This document shows positions 18,006 to 37,560 of a stretch of DNA of 64,000 nucleotides, in pieces. Location of the stretch: the NCBI RefSeq assembly GCF_009914755.1, contig NC_060926.1; one strand, 5' to 3'. Made by a program: the position numbers and the translations under genes. Origin of the DNA: the human T2T-CHM13v2.0 reference genome, Homo sapiens. Each line of letters begins with the position of its first letter. Positions within the stretch are counted from its first letter, which is position 1. The notes under the pieces are model-generated. The model did no database searches and had not been told where the DNA came from. It saw nothing but the letters and a program-made list of their open reading frames with translations.

Positions 18006-19319
18006 CGTTTGTTTTTAACTTACCTTTCAGTCTTCAAGATTTAAGAAAACAATTATTTGGATGACTGTAAGAAATTTTGTGATACTAAAAGTAAATTAGG
18101 GCAAGAAGTTGGAAATGTAGATATTTAAAAGTTTATAGCCTAGGATGAATTCTGCAGAGTTGAAGAGGCACCACCCACTGTCTTGGAACTCATTCGTATC
18201 TTTGGATACGGAAAGGTCAGGTGGCTCTGTGTCCACAACTACTCTGTGTAACTCCACTAATTTTATGCTACTGACTGGAAATATTCAAATATTGCATATC
18301 TGTGGTTTCCCTGTAGCATAAGTCAGTAAACTTCAAAGACTTCACTGATAAGTTTGAGGCTTTAATTTCTTTCTAGTATCATGTTTTTTTTTGTACATGT
18401 TTAAGAAAAGGCTTTTTGAAATTTCAGATGCTTTGAGGCAGGGGTAAAAAGAAACATAAGAGAAAATGCCTTGTTTGAATGATGTATTAAATAGAAGCTA
18501 AATGTGTAAACTTGAAGGATGTATGTGTGTTGATGTGGGATGAGAACACTGTGAAGAGGAAATTCCGAACTCCATGCATTTCTATTTCACATTTGGTGAT
18601 TACATTTTTAGCATGCTGGGAAAGAAATCAGACACAAAACGCCCGTTATATAAAAAGATTTTTTCTGTCTAATTCCCCCCTTCACCATGCTAACTACATA
18701 CCCACTTATATTTAATTCCACACACTCAAAATGCAGTCACATTTTGAAGGGGAAAATAGTTTAAACTAAGACAAGCAATTACCTAGTTATTTTTTAATAT
18801 TCCCCTCTGCTCCCTATTACTGACTTTAATGAAAACCAGAACAGCATATACTACATTTTAAAAAATTAAATATGTCCCAGTGAATAGGTGCAGAATCATA
18901 CTTTATTTAATAGTTTTCAACTATTTTAAAAACAGAAAGGTGGTATCCTCAGTTGATATTAATGTGTAAAAAGGCTTCTCGTAGTTTTTATTTAATAGGC
19001 AGAATTTCCTTTTTGACTGTGGTTAGCAGAAAATAATAATAGTTACAGTTACAAAATGCTTTAAATTCAAACGTTCTCCCACCCCAATCAAAGACCTTGT
19101 TAGATAAAATAGGATATTTCTGGTTTTTAAATTTGGAGAAATTGAAGCTCAGTTTTGCAAACTCAAGGAACCTCTCATCAATCATCAAAATAGTGCTGGA
19201 ATCCAGGCTTCTCTTCCTTCTAGTAGGGCCAGGGCTCTTACTGCTTTCCTAATGCTGTGTACCATTTAAACCCTCTGAAATAACATGTTCAAATATTTGT
19301 TCCTACATTGCTAGGAATT

Positions 19320-19640
19320 TAGAGGAAAATAGAGAAGACTTAAAGAAATTATTACAGTAAGAAAGTAGAATCTTTGAAGGCAAGATAAATCAGTTGACAT
19401 AGTCTAGCCTGGAGAGGATAAGGTTAGAAGGTGACTTGATACATGTCTTTAAGTAAAATGATCCTGTGAAGAGGTGCTCTGTATCTCTGTCAAGGTGATA
19501 GTATGAATTACAGTGATGAACTACTGGGTCAAATATAAGGTATATTTTATTGACAGGGACTGCATTAAATTCGATAATAGGCACCAAAAAAAGGTGAAAT
19601 GTCCTTTTACAAAGAAATAAAGAAAATAAGGTCTGAAGCT
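19320..19640 (+). mobile_element. CR1/L3 LINE relic (ORF2 C-terminus)
   Basis: 19406-19453 translates SLERIRLEGDLIHVFK, matching the CR1 motif SLEKRRLRGDLI.VFK. Confidence 0.75.
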
Positions 19641-20419
19641 CCATTTTACCTGATTAAATTATAACATCATTTATGGTTATTCAAGCTTGTAATAATATAT
19701 CTCTGGTCATATACCAAATTGCTAATCTCTAAAATGATCGAATCTTATGAATGAGCGTATCTATATGATGTATTAATTCCCTTTGAAGTCCACATTGCCT
19801 CATTTCAATTGAATTGAATATTCTAACTGGAAGGAAGCAAAAGATACTGCAATCTATCACATGATCTTTAATTAACTAACAGTACCTCAGGGTGAATCCA
19901 AAAGCTGTTCTTATGCAGTGGAAATTCCAATTTTGGCTTCCTTTTCCTGCCTTTTTTTGTTTTTTCTTCAGTTATTCTTCATCTACATTTTGTTACTGAT
20001 AAACCTCTCTAGATAGTAGGATAGAATAAAGAAGAACTGAGAATTCAAGCTTTCCTAATGTTATTACTTCTTATCAGGCTTGTTTTCAAAAAGAGAACAC
20101 AGGGAGGAGAGAGAAATATAACAGCAAGTTTTTTGCATTTTCTTGGAGCCTTTAGATGCATGTTATCAATGAGTATTTTATTCTATATGCAGAATTTTAT
20201 GAACACCTGTCAGAAATTGTGTGCTATTAAAGTGCTGTGTGGAGTGTGAAATAAATCTAGAATATAATCTGTGTATGTGTGGAGTTTATAGTAGCTATTG
20301 ATAAAAATAACCATATGTAATTAGGTGCCAACTGACATGATACAGACTTCAAGTGTTGTAGAATCTCACAAGAGAAAATGATTGATTCCGTCATTCAATA
20401 CGAATTGGGCAAATACTAT

Positions 20420-22690
20420 GTTTATTCATTTATTTCTGTAGTCAATAAAATTTTGTACAGTGCCTACCAAGTACCAGGCATGGAAAATAGAGAAACCAAA
20501 TTAAGCAGGGGAGGGATTAAGGTGAGACGTGGAAAGGGGTTTATTTGATGTAGGTGGACAAGGAGGTCTCACTTATTTCCCAAAGAAGCTGAAGGAGTAA
20601 ACCTTTTGGATACACTGGAAAGGGCATTCCAAGAAGAGGGAGGGGAATGGCAAAATCCTGGAGGTATAATGTATGTTTGGGGTGGCTGGAATAGAGTGAG
20701 TTGGGATCAGAGGAGATCAGAGATGTAGTGATAGGCAGATCATTTGGCATCTTATATATCATTGTAAAGATATTCATTGGATCTCCAGGAAGGCAAATCA
20801 CTGGAGGAATTTCAGCAGAAAATTAACATAATCTGACTTGTTTGTAAACAAAATTGCTTTGGATGCTCCCTTGAGAATGGGCAATATGAAGGCAATAGAG
20901 GAAGCAGAGGGATACAAGGAGATATTGCAAAAATCCAGGCAGGATTCACTGGTTGCCTGGACACCCGGGATAGTAATAGAAATAGTAAAAAAGTAGTACA
21001 GTTAAGGATATATTTTAAAGGTAGAACATGCAGCAGTGCTGATAAAAAACGGATGAAGTAGGGGGATGGAAGAATTGCTAGAATAGTACATCTTTGAATA
21101 GGTGAAAGGGGATGAAATCTAGTACACAAGGAGAAGGAGTGATTGTGAGTAGGAAAATGAAGAGCTTCTCCATAGCAACAAGAGCCAAGGAAAAGTACAC
21201 AGCCCAACCCTAATCCTGACCTTAAACTTAATTTATATGGCCACTGTCACAGGTAGGTAGGTAGATATAGTGGTAAGAATTTGGCGGGGTGGGGGTGTGT
21301 GTTCTCTTTTGACACCTCCAGTTTCTCAGTGGAAGAGGAATAAATGTCATTGGCTAAGAGTGAAGATACTCAAGAGATCCTAGTGATTTAAAGAAAATGA
21401 AAAAAGTGTCAATTTTTATTAAGGAGAGTAGGAGAGTAAATGGACTAAAACAATGAGGAAGGATTGCTGAGCAGGACCAAGAGTCCCTTGAGCTCATAAA
21501 ATGTCAACCAGCGAACACGTGGTTTTCTCCAGTCATGTTCAGTTGCATAGGTCTAGATAAAGAGTAGTTGGAGAATTGTTTTGTTTTGTTTTGTTTTGTT
21601 TTGTTTTGTTTTGTTTTGGTCAGGCACTGCTGTGAAGAGAGGGATGGTAAAGAGATCAGTAAATACAAGAGGGTGATTGCAATGATGGTACATGTTTTTT
21701 AATAGATGAAGAGAGAAGGAAAGGCATGAGGTATGTTAGGTCCAATGAAAAGGAGTTAGGATTAATTGTTCGATATCTTGGTGTAATTAAGCATTTATTG
21801 AAGTTAAAGAACAAAATGGGTGGGCTAGAAGGAAAGACACTGGTGAGTGGAAGGGTTAAGATGCAAGAAATTATAATTTTGGAGGGAATACAATAATTGA
21901 TAATGCCAAGGTTTCTAAGAATATAATTATGAGTGAGGCAAAATGAATAATAGAATATGGGAAGAGAGGAATTCAAGGAACTGGGTGGCTAAGAATTTGA
22001 AAGACCATGTACATGAACATTAAAATCACCAAGAATAAAACAAGGTTGTTTTTGACAAGAGTGATAGCAGTGTGCAAGAAGTCAATGAGTGAGAGAACGT
22101 GACTGTGACATCACTGGCAAAAGAGTCAAAGGTAGGATAATGTAGGAAAGGAAGAATTCTCTGAAAGTGCCAACAAGGACCAATCCATTCCATCGGAAAA
22201 ACTCACGATGGAGGAGAATGCAAGTGTAAACATTCTCCACTTGTGAGGACTGTAGTTTTAAACTGATTTTAGTTAAAAAACTAAAGGGAAGGAAAATTGT
22301 ATTGAGGAATTTGAGAATGTAGGAAATTTTGCTGATCACTGGGTACAACTGTGAAAATGTTTCAGGAGCTGGACAGGTTTTGGAAATGGAGTCAGAAAAG
22401 TTTATGTAGAAGGCAATCTGAGGACTAGAGTCTTCATGGTAAGGGATGACCTGGAAATTCTCGGCTTCCTGTAGTGATATGTCCAGGGATCAAGGGAATA
22501 ATGGGATTTGTCCTGATGGTCTCAGTGCAGACGCCCATAGAGGGGCTATGAGAGCTAGTAGGAACGTAGGGTGAAGCAGTTGCCAATTCCATTGATTTCT
22601 GGAGGCCTGACTTGACCTAGTAATGGTGACATGGAGGTTGGAAAAAGAAGTTTGGTCTCAAATAAAGCACCGAGATCTCTGTGGCTCCCT
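20420..22690 (-). mobile_element. L2 LINE, long degenerate copy
   Basis: L2 3' terminus ttattcatttattt..agtgcctaccaagtaccagg followed by purine-rich L2 body; (GTTTT)n at ~21577-21618. Confidence 0.75.
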
Positions 22691-23030
22691 CTTGTCTCTA
22701 TCTCTAGAAGATGAGGAAGCTGGAGAATGATAGTTTTTACTGAAGCTCAAAGAGCACCAATATTCCCTCCTGGCTCCTTCCAAAGGAAACCTGTTGTCAG
22801 CATAAGACTATTTCATCCAGAGGTAATTGACTACTCCAAGTGTGGAGATCAGAGGCCATATGAGAAGCATCTAAGAAAGAGTGGTGGTCCATACTGTTTT
22901 TGAGAAAGATTTCATTGTGGAATTACAACTGAGCTCAAATGATCACTACATTTGGATCATAAAAACACAGTATAATTCAATGAGGAGACTAGCGTCAAAG
23001 ACGTTGCTCAGGGTATAAGAAGTTTGTCAG

Positions 23031-23318
23031 GGCCCGGCATGGTGGCTCATACCTGTAATCCTAGCACTTTGGAAGGGTGAGGTGGGAGGATCACTTAAAT
23101 CCATGAGTTTGAGACCAGCCTGGGCAATATAATGAGACCTAATTTTTTTCTACAAAAAATTAAAAATTAGCTGAGTGTGGTGGCACACGACTGTAGTCCC
23201 AGCTTCTCAGGGTGCTGAGGCGGGAGGATCACCTGAGCCTGGGAGGCAAAGAGTGCAGTGAGCCGAGATATTGCCACAGCACTCCAGCCTAGGTGAAAGA
23301 GTGAGACTGTCCCAAAAA
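23031..23318 (+). mobile_element. AluJ (Jo-like)
   Basis: gggaggatcactt..agtttgagaccagcctgggcaa diagnostics. TSD aagtttgtcag (23020-23030 / 23319-23329). Confidence 0.95.
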
Positions 23319-23639
23319 AAGTTTGTCAGGTGGGAAGTGGTCTGCTGCAGCGGAGATACACATTGGGAAATAGTAGAGAAGAATAATGTTAGCTTAACAA
23401 GTGGCAACTTTCTTACTAATTCTGGGAAATTGTAAGGTACAAAGATGATAAAATAGAATTTTTTTTTTCAGCTCTTCATCTTGTCAGGAGACCAAAGACT
23501 GAAGGGGAAGTCTCTTTGTGGAGTCTAAATGGTATCTCTTTCAGCAGTTTTAGTCTAGGAGCTGAAATATATAAAACAGCAATGGTTCAAGCATTCTTTG
23601 CTGAAATAATCTTTTCTTGTATCTAACCTTGTATTAAAG

Positions 23640-23800
23640 TAACTATTCCTTATGCACCTACTCAATGATAATAGGCACTTCAAACATTATTTCCTTTAAA
23701 TCTCTCCTTAATTCTATGAGTTATTGTACAGGCTGGGAAATGAAAGGTCTACTCTAATGTAAGCGTAAGAGCCACCCTCTTGTTCATGATACCACATCCT
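23640..23800 (-). mobile_element. MIR fragment
   Basis: cacctact..aggcacttcaaacattatttcctttaaatctc resembles the MIR 3' part. Confidence 0.4.
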
Positions 23801-24879
23801 GTATGAAACAGTGTCTCACAGTTGTTAGGTCCGTTAGAAATATTTCTTAAGTGGTTAAAGTTAAGTAACTTAGCCAAACTGACACACAGAATTAAAAATC
23901 ATTTAATTTGCATGGATAATAATTGATATTTTTATTGGTTTATAAAAATATTAGTACCATGTTAAGTTTGACATTTCATTTGTTAAAGGTGTTGCTTCCT
24001 TTAACCTGAAGGTATTGTTCTCACTCATTCTCCCCATCCCATTTGGAATTGCCCAAGCTAAGAAGCAAGCGATACAAATTTTGACTAGTTGAATTCCATG
24101 TTACTGCCTGCTCCATGTTTACTTGTAAGCGGGATCCACTATATGTTAAATGATTATACTTACTGGTGTGGGTCTCAGAGCAGCACTGTTAATTTATATG
24201 GATTTCCCTTATGATTATCAGCTTCTGTTATGCTGAAACAAACATTCACATTTCTGCTTTTCTGAAAAAATATTTTAATTTTCTTTAAGAAAATAAAATA
24301 TTTTCCTTTGATTATTTTTAACACTTCAAGAAATCTACAATTTATTTGGAAATATAGAATGAGAATACAGATCAAACTGTATACTTCTTTTCCAATTTAT
24401 TAACCAATTATTCCTGTTATCAGTATATTCTATCTCATTCATAACATTCTAATTATAAAATATATGTCATAAAATTATTCTATTTAATAACATTTTTCAA
24501 GAATTTAGCATTTTGCTTCAATCATATGTTAAATTATCAAACTTAGAGTTTTTGGTATATATTTTCTATTATCTTCAATAGATTAGGTTACTGTGTCTAG
24601 GGGAAGTACTAAGCTATTTAAATTATTTTATCTTCATACCCTACCTTAAAACCTGGATTTTCGAGCCCTCACTCATTGTCAACTCATTGTCATTATTTTC
24701 TAATATGTTCTTTACTATGTTAGTCTATTTATTCCAGGCTACTTAAAAACTTTTGATTTTTATTAATTCTTAATAAGTATTTAACGCTTTTCCAAGGTTC
24801 TTAATATATTCATGTGGTCTTGTTTGCTTGTGTGTGCACATATGCGTGAGTTACTTTTCAAAGCATTTTATTCTAATAC

Positions 24880-26800
24880 TATATTTTATTTATAAGAGAC
24901 ATTTAATATATAAGAACATGGAAAAATCTAAACAAAGAATAAAAATAGAGCAGACAAATACTATAAAAATAGTAGGATGCAGCTATTTTAATCAGACAAA
25001 ATAAATGTCAACAGTCATTTTACTCCATATTGAAGAAAGGTATAATTATCCAAAAAGATAAAAGAAATTCTAAAATGGTGTGTATCTAATAACATATTTT
25101 TAAAAACATATAAAACAGGGCTTCACAAGACTACAAATTGTGAAAAATACAAATTTTGAGAAAAACACAAATTCACCATTATGAAGAGAGATTTCATAGC
25201 AGTTTGCAATTTATTGATAGAGCAAAATTCAACAATTATTGAGCAACAAAATAACAAGCTTTCCTTAATTGACAAATATAAAATTTGAACCCACAATTAA
25301 AGCACATCTCATTTTATTGTAACCTTTACAAAATTTGCTCATGAACTAGGTAATAAAGCAATTTCTGACAAATTTAAAGTGTAGATCTGATTAGACCAGT
25401 TCTTCAATAAAATTTATTTATATTAGGACTTGAAACATATATAAAAACCCATATATTTTAAATTAAGAAACACACATCTAAATAATTGATGTATCAAGAC
25501 AATTTAAAAAAGAAAACAAAAATCATTATAATTGACTAGTTATTTAAATGCCACTTAATATAATCTGTGAGGTGTAGTAGCTTTAGAAAAATGTACAAAT
25601 ATTAACTTTTATAGTAGAAAAATAGTTAATATACAAAAGTTTGAAAAATATAAGTAAATGCAAAAATGAGAAGATATGCAAAATCAAGAGCAAGTATTAA
25701 TAAAATGGAATATAACAATGTAATAAAGTGAATTCACAAAGAAAAAACACTTTTCTGTAATGACTAGTAAAATAAACAAATTTCTAGTAACTGTGATGTA
25801 CAAAAGATGGAAAAAGCAAAAATAAGCAATACTTTAGGGTTTTAAACATGGCTATAACTGCATATACAGCAGAAGATAAAGGATCAATAAAAATATCATA
25901 AATAACCACATGACAAACATTAAAATAGTACATGGAAAAATTTCTGAAAAATATAATTTAACAAAACCAATTCTAGATTTGTAAAAGTCAAAATAGTTCT
26001 ATAAACACTAAATAAATGGAATTTCCTTTAAAATCTGAGTTCAAAGAAACCACCAGATTCATATTCTACCAAATTCTCAAAAAATAAGTTAATCCAATCT
26101 CCACAAAATTTCCATACTATAAAAAAAAGTAACAGTCTAAGAATTATTCTGAGATATTAACATCATCTAATAACGGTTAGAAAAAAAGAGTAGACATGTA
26201 AGTCTGATCTCATTTAGCAATGTAGATGAAAAAATTAAAAAGTATTCACAAACTGTTCAGAGTATATCAGAAAATAGATATATCACAATAAATTTTAGTT
26301 TACTCTAAAAATGGAATGGTGGTTTGATATTATAAAATCATTTAATGTAATTTATTGTGTTACCATATCATTTCAATCTATGCAGAAAAACTTTTTGATA
26401 AAAAAGAGTCCTTCACTATAAAAAATTTTGGCAAACTGGCAATGGAAATTTTCTCAACTTCATAACGAATAACAAGAATCTGCAACAATCATCTTAGCTG
26501 TTCTCTTTAACATTCTCTTTAATATCAGGAAGAATGCAAGACTATCTAACTATCACGATTTCTTTTCAACACTGCTCAGGAGATCTTATCAGTATGGTAA
26601 AATAAGAAAAGTAAAAAAACTATGAGGAATAGAAAGGAGGGACACTGTCATTATTTGTAGGTGATATGATTGCTTAAATAGGAAACCAAAGTATCTACAA
26701 ATACATTATTTAAATAAAAATGCTGGCTATAAGAACAATATTTAAAATAAATTACATTTTATACATAAGTAATGCAAATTTTTAGTCATTAAGGCTGAAA
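24880..26800 (+). mobile_element. Very old L1 (L1M/L1ME-like) ORF2 remnant
   Basis: A-rich strand bias; recognisable relics gctattttaatcagacaaaata (AILISDK), caatctatgcagaaaa (IDAEK), ttatttgtaggtgatatgattg (LFADDMI-like). Confidence 0.75.
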
Positions 26801-28439
26801 GCATCCTATCTAATAAATATACAGGAAATAAAATATATTCTGAACAAGAGAGTTCCTTAACTATTTTTCCTCCTGAATAATGAAAATGCATTCTTATGTG
26901 GCCCTTTCACCATTCAATTTGATTTTGTTGAAATATTCCCCTCATCTCTGAAGCTTAAGGGCTAGGTAGTGTAAGATCATCAGACCAGTTCAGTTATTGC
27001 TGTCTCAGTACTGTGGGAAGGAAACTGGAGCTGTTAGCAGTACTAGTAGAGGGATCTCGGATTTTTGTTTTTTCTCGTGATTATTGATTCCCATGGTTCA
27101 GGATATTCAGCATACTACTTGTCCTGGCCCCTACTCTAGCTATAAGGTATATAACTGTCTGACACTCCCCAGCCTCCACCTACCTCTACCCCTTCACCAA
27201 CCCACCCTACTTCTTGATTCACTGACTTTGACTATCAGTCTTATCGTAAATTCCTACTACGTTGGAATTCCAACCACTTATACAAATGCATTCTCAAGAT
27301 CAGGTAAAGTGCATAAAAATTCTAGATTCAGATAGGTCCGAGCCAATGATAGGACCTATTTGTCACCATTAAGATTCTCTTCTTTGGCTTTTTATATTGT
27401 TTCTTCTGTCCATTATTCTTCACAAACTAATATGTCTATGGGACAAAATCTGTCAGTATGATATCCTACATATGCCTTCTCTGTACTTACGGTCTTGTTT
27501 TTACTATTTCAACATTATGATGAAACATTTGTCAGTGTTTCTTCTTTTAAAATTCATATAAGAGAAAACTATCTGCATATGGCAAGTCCCCAGATCCTCA
27601 CTATTGTGAAACATTTTCCCTAATTAAAAACATTCATAAAAATTAACTGCAAAGAGTTAGAGGCAAGGTTACTTGAGATTACATCTTATAAGAATATGAA
27701 GAAAAATACGCGCTTCATGGCATAATGCGCTCTGCTGAGCAAGAGGCTAGATGTGGCTTTGCTCAAGGCATGAGTTATATACTTAATTTTATACATTAAA
27801 ATTTAACGACCTTTTAAATGTAATATGCCTTTAACAAACAGCATTTTTTCTTTTCCAATAGCATAATTTCATAGTATTGTAGAAATAATAGTTTAGAACA
27901 TAGTTGATTTTTTTCTGTATACATTTAACTATTTTTATTAATTTTCAAAAGGTTTTTCTTTAATGGCACTGTCATTTTTTCCAGTTCTGACAAAATTCTG
28001 AGATAAAGTGATTTAAAACATAATATATTTCTTTTGGCTTAGAGAAAAATTAAAATTATGCAAATAGAATACTTTTTATTGACTCGTTAAGTCTATCATT
28101 ACATGTGTATACAGAGCTGTTTTTTCACTCATCATGATTTATGGATTTTGTATATTAAGATGAACTTGGATTAGAGAAAGTGTATTTTGAAATATGTCTC
28201 AAGAGGCTTTCAGGGACAACTGAAATAGAAAAAAAGCATTTTTTATGTGGGAGAAATGCTTTCACAATGCACTTATTCCCAAATATTCCTGGCAAGCTTT
28301 CACAGGATCTTCATTTTACATTCCTTTTTCCTGTGCAATTTTTTATTTCCCAGCCAACAAATGAAGTAGTGAAAAGAGGGTTACAGAGCAGCAGGGAGAA
28401 TTGTTGTTATACCAGGTAGCTAGGCAACCAGCACCCATT

Positions 28440-28710
28440 CTAGTATTTTACACAAAATGTTACTAAAATTTTACATTTGTGGAGAGTGTTTTACATTTTA
28501 CAAAATGGGTTCATGCTTACATGATCTCACTTGACCCCTGTTTTGTGAGGTATGCAGAAAAACTATCATTATTTCTATTTTGGTGTAATAATGCCAAAGA
28601 TGGAGTAGATTGAGGCTATTTTTGGATATTATAGTAAATGGTGAAGATACAACTTAACTCAGGAATTCTGATTTTATATTTATTGTTCTTCCTCTGTACC
28701 TTGCTACACA
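28440..28710 (-). mobile_element. MIR fragment
   Basis: atgatctcacttgaccc..gtgaggtatgcag..atcattatttctattt motifs. Confidence 0.55.
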
Positions 28711-28971
28711 CAGTGAAATTGCAAATAGCTGACTGACTGATCACAAACAATATTTTCCCAAAGTTCAAAAGCCTTTATAAGTAATCTTAAGAATATTAGT
28801 GACCCCTGAAACATATTAATATTATTTACTAAGATTATAGTTTTAAGACTTTGAAGACATCTGTATCTGCATTTTTATTGACATGGTTATTTACTCCAAT
28901 TATGAAGGAAAAAGTTCAGCAACTAAGATAAAACAATTCTGAACTCTGTGCAAGTATTGAAGTTACAATTA

Positions 28972-33327
<4,356 letters not shown>

Positions 33328-33569
33328 TTTTTTTTTAACTAAAGACTGTTTTAAATTACTTTAAACAAAATGCACATTTCATCCAAGTTTCGGAAGTATA
33401 AGATTAAAACTTGGTCGTGATGTACCTTCGTATCTTTTATAAATAAACCTGTAACTTTGGGACTAGCTTTACCAATGTCTGAAGTGGGAGTTTTTATCTG
33501 ATTGCTGTGAGAGAACAAAATCAAGGGTACAGGTGAAGTAGAAAATTTCGCAGACCAATGGGCATAAAG

Positions 33570-33705
33570 TCTGTTATTCAAAATAAATAACTTATAGAGA
33601 TTTACTGTATGGCATTGTCCCTATAATTAACAATAGTGCATTGTACACCTAAAGTTCTTTAAGAGGGTAGATCTCATTTTAAGTATTCGTACCACAATAA
33701 AGTAA
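33570..33705 (+). mobile_element. Old L1 3' end fragment
   Basis: cattgtacacctaaagttctttaagagggtagatctcat..accacaataaa. Confidence 0.6.
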
Positions 33706-34872
33706 CATTTGAAAAGGAGAGGTTGTGCAAGAAGCAGAAGTGTTGGGATATAGAATATTAAACAAGAGTCTAGAGAATTGATAGGGACCAAAAGTGAGAA
33801 TCAAAGTCATAGAATAAAGTCTGATTCCAGGATGAGAAAATAATTGATAAATATGAATGAGAACCAATTTGGTGGAAGAAGGCAGAAGCCAGGGTTCATA
33901 CCTAATTATATGGAGCAACTGTTGTTACTTGTAACATTGTGATTGAATGAACAAAAATAGCTCAATGGCTTGGGGCAGTATAGACAGTATCATGTCCGTT
34001 GTTCTTTCAGTATCTCAGCTGCATTCTCCTTCTCTGGTGGAAGATATCCTGAGCCCACCTGCACACAGCAATTAAATAATTTTTATCATTCCTAAGTATA
34101 CTTGAAATATACTTGAAATGCAAAGTATTCTAAGCATGGGAAGGACAAATCCTCATCACAGTAGTTGGTTGGCATTGAAGCTGACCATAGGGCTGGTGGA
34201 ACGTACAGTTTCTAATAATGTATTATTTTTCCTTATAGTAACAGATCTGGGCAGAGGTTGAGAAATGGTGATGTGTTAGGAATGTAGAATCCTGACAAGA
34301 TAAGCAGAAAAGCAAAATGCCATTGGATTGACTATTCATTTCCTAAAATGTATCAGGTGATGATCTTACAGTTTTCCTCAAGCAAGAAGATGTGGTATAT
34401 TTGTTGTATCTGTTATTTTTACATATAATTCTGGTTACCAACTTCAACATAATGTTTGCATAAATTTTTCAGCACCAGTGGATGCTTCTTAAGTGAATGA
34501 CCTGTAAGCTTCCCGGGTACTATCTAGCTGGTGGAATTCCAAGTGGTGAATAAGTGACTGTTAGAACTCAGGATAGAGCAGCAAGAGTTATCATCATTTC
34601 AAAAATTTTTTCCACCTAACCTTAATCTAGTCCACTCTAAGCTACATATAAATAAAATTATTTCATGTATGTTGCATAGGTCATGCATAAAGTTTGACTA
34701 ATTACATTTTTATTTCGGTAATATATCTTAGGGTTTAAACAAATATATTTTATTATAAATTAGTTCATTCAGATAATATTTGAACCTATTCTAAAGGTTG
34801 TAAAAGTATTTTACAATTAACTTAAACTTGATAATTTTATGAAACAAATGGACTTATAAATTTAGGGGCAGA

Positions 34873-35219
<347 letters not shown>

Positions 35220-35671
35220 TTAGTTTGAAAATAAAATGCAAAATCTCACCAGTTTGTCCGAATGTAATTGTCTTCATATGTATTTAGAAATTCTTTCTAG
35301 TTCCTTCACCATCTGATGCAGAATTTCTGCCTCAGCTCTAAAATAAAAACAGCTATATTCAGATTAATACTAAATTATCAAAGAATTTATAGGTGAATCA
35401 GTAAAAAGTTCATAGAAAATATAAAAATGTTCCCTTCTTTTCTTCCTTTAAAAAAACTTAGATGTAGCTGTTCATAATAAAAATGAGGTAGTATAAGATA
35501 TATATACATATATATGCACACACAGATACATACATATATGTATATGAAAATATATATGGATTTGTATATCGGAAATACATACCTTAGGTGGCAGATAATC
35601 CTGAGAGATTAGCCTTGCAATTGAGTCAGGCAGTCAGGTAATTTGAGTTCCAAATTTATCTACTATTTTTG

Positions 35672-35960
35672 TTGTAAGTTGGTTTCTCTAGAACAGATGC
35701 TGAAATAACAATTGGGATAAAATACGTTTGTTAGGGATCAACACATGTGAAGAGAAGGAGGGGAAGCAGAATTGGATAGAAGAAGTCAAGTGATTCAAGC
35801 TCAGCAAAGCTTCAGCTAATCCACTAGGGAGCTTTAGAGAGAGAATTGCCCTTCAGAGAGTCCTACACTGAGATAAAATGGCGAGACCTTCATAAACCTT
35901 TCGCATTCATTCATCAGGCATGGGCTTCCCTGGGAAAACCATGACCTTGAGTGAGAAATT
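35672..35960 (-). mobile_element. LTR16-like ERVL LTR fragment
   Basis: gggatcaacacatgtgaagagaaggaggggaagcagaattgg motif. Confidence 0.6.
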
Positions 35961-36049
35961 ATTGTAAAATTATTTAGTTGTTCTAAGGATTGTGCTTGTG
36001 TTTGAAAAGGAATCGTATTTTTTAGAATACTTACTAAAATATTTATGGA

Positions 36050-37030
36050 TATAATTAGATGTTGTGTGAGATAAAGTTAAAAAAACAAAAACAAGACAAG
36101 GGCCAAATTGCAATTGGTTTCCAATGACCAAAGCTGGGACAATTTGAGTATGCTCTCGCTCCCCAGAAAAAGACCACAAGGTATCAAAACACCTAAAGTC
36201 TATGAGTATACATGAGTTCATAATAACATTTGAAAATAACATCATATCAAGTGGTTGCTTTAACATCTAATTCATTACTTTGTAAATAAATAAGAGAAAC
36301 AGCCTAACATTTTTTCTGCCTATCTTATATGAATATATTTTGGAATAATCAAATATTTGAAAAAATTTTATACAAGAATTTCATGTCATAGAGAATAAAT
36401 GTTAGAATAGAAAAATTATTTTTAACAACCCTTAACAAAATAATGGATTTTGGCAATGATCATCAAAGGATGCTTAAACATTAAGTAAAATATTGATGTA
36501 AAAACTAATTGATGAACCAGGTTGAAGCTACTGAACCACTTGCCCATTTGGGACAATCATATATATTATGCACCCTCCTGATAAGATGCATTAAGATACA
36601 CATGGCACCCCCCATGTAAAGTAGTGTAATCAAGCCTCTTGATCTAACCGTGAGTATGAAATATGGGAGATAGAGAAACAATGTAAATAGCTGCAAAATC
36701 CAAATCCTAAAGAAATGCAGAAAACATTACAAAACACAGTTTTTTCAACAAATAATTGGTGTGAAAAATATAAGGATGAAGAATTATTTTAAATTTAAAT
36801 AGTCTTATAAGACATACTAACCAAATGCAATTGTGTGGATCTTACTTGGATTCTGATTTGAGCAAATCAACTATATAGAAAAATTGTATCATGGCAAAAG
36901 TATTGATGATATTATGAAAATATCATCATTTTTGTAGGTGAGATAATGTCATTGTGGTTATGTTAAAAGGTTTTATTTGTTTGAAATGTACACTGAGTTA
37001 TTTGTGGGTGAAGTATTTATAGTATACAAA
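36050..37030 (+). mobile_element. Old L1 (L1MC/ME-like) 3' region
   Basis: aaccaaatgcaattgtgtggatcttacttggattctgatt; gataatgtcattgtggttatg. Confidence 0.6.
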
Positions 37031-37098
37031 AATCCACATTTTTAAATTGTACACCACCTAAAATAACCTTGTTTACTTCTACCAGCAATACTTTAGTG

Positions 37099-37412
37099 TA
37101 GTATCTCTCCATCCACACAGTCCACATCTGAGGATTCAACCATCTGAGGATCAAAAATATTTGAAAAAATAATAACAATACAGCAATTAAAATCATACAA
37201 ATAAAAATACAACATAATTATTTATATAGTATTCACATGGTATTCATTATTATAAGTAATCTAGAGATTATTTAAAATATCCAGGAGCATGTTTATAAGC
37301 CATATGCAAATACTATGCCATTTACAAAAAGAACTTTAGCATTTGTGGATTTTGGTATAGGGAGCAGGTGATCTTGGAGCCAATTCTCCATGGATACCAA
37401 AGAATAACTCTG
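37099..37412. mobile_element. MER2-like Tigger-derived DNA transposon
   Basis: ggattcaacc..gatcaaaaatatt; tataagtaatctagaga; ccatggatacc terminus followed by TA. Confidence 0.8.
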
Positions 37413-37439
37413 TATCTATGTGGCACCTGAATCCTTGCC

Positions 37440-37560
37440 ACTTCCACACTAGATATAAGTTCCTGATGTCAGACAGATCTTGCTGTTCTGGTTCCCCATC
37501 CCCTAGCATAGCACCTAACTTATGTTAAGTATTAAGTAAATGTTTCTTAAATGAATAAAC
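37440..37560 (+). mobile_element. L2 3' end
   Basis: cctagcatagcacctaac..taaatgtttcttaaatgaataaa. Confidence 0.6.

Noticed and set aside
18139-18215. Possible plus-strand exon (ag|cctagg..gaaag|gtcagg)
   Set aside because: Poor pyrimidine tract, unrecognisable peptide, no partner exons.
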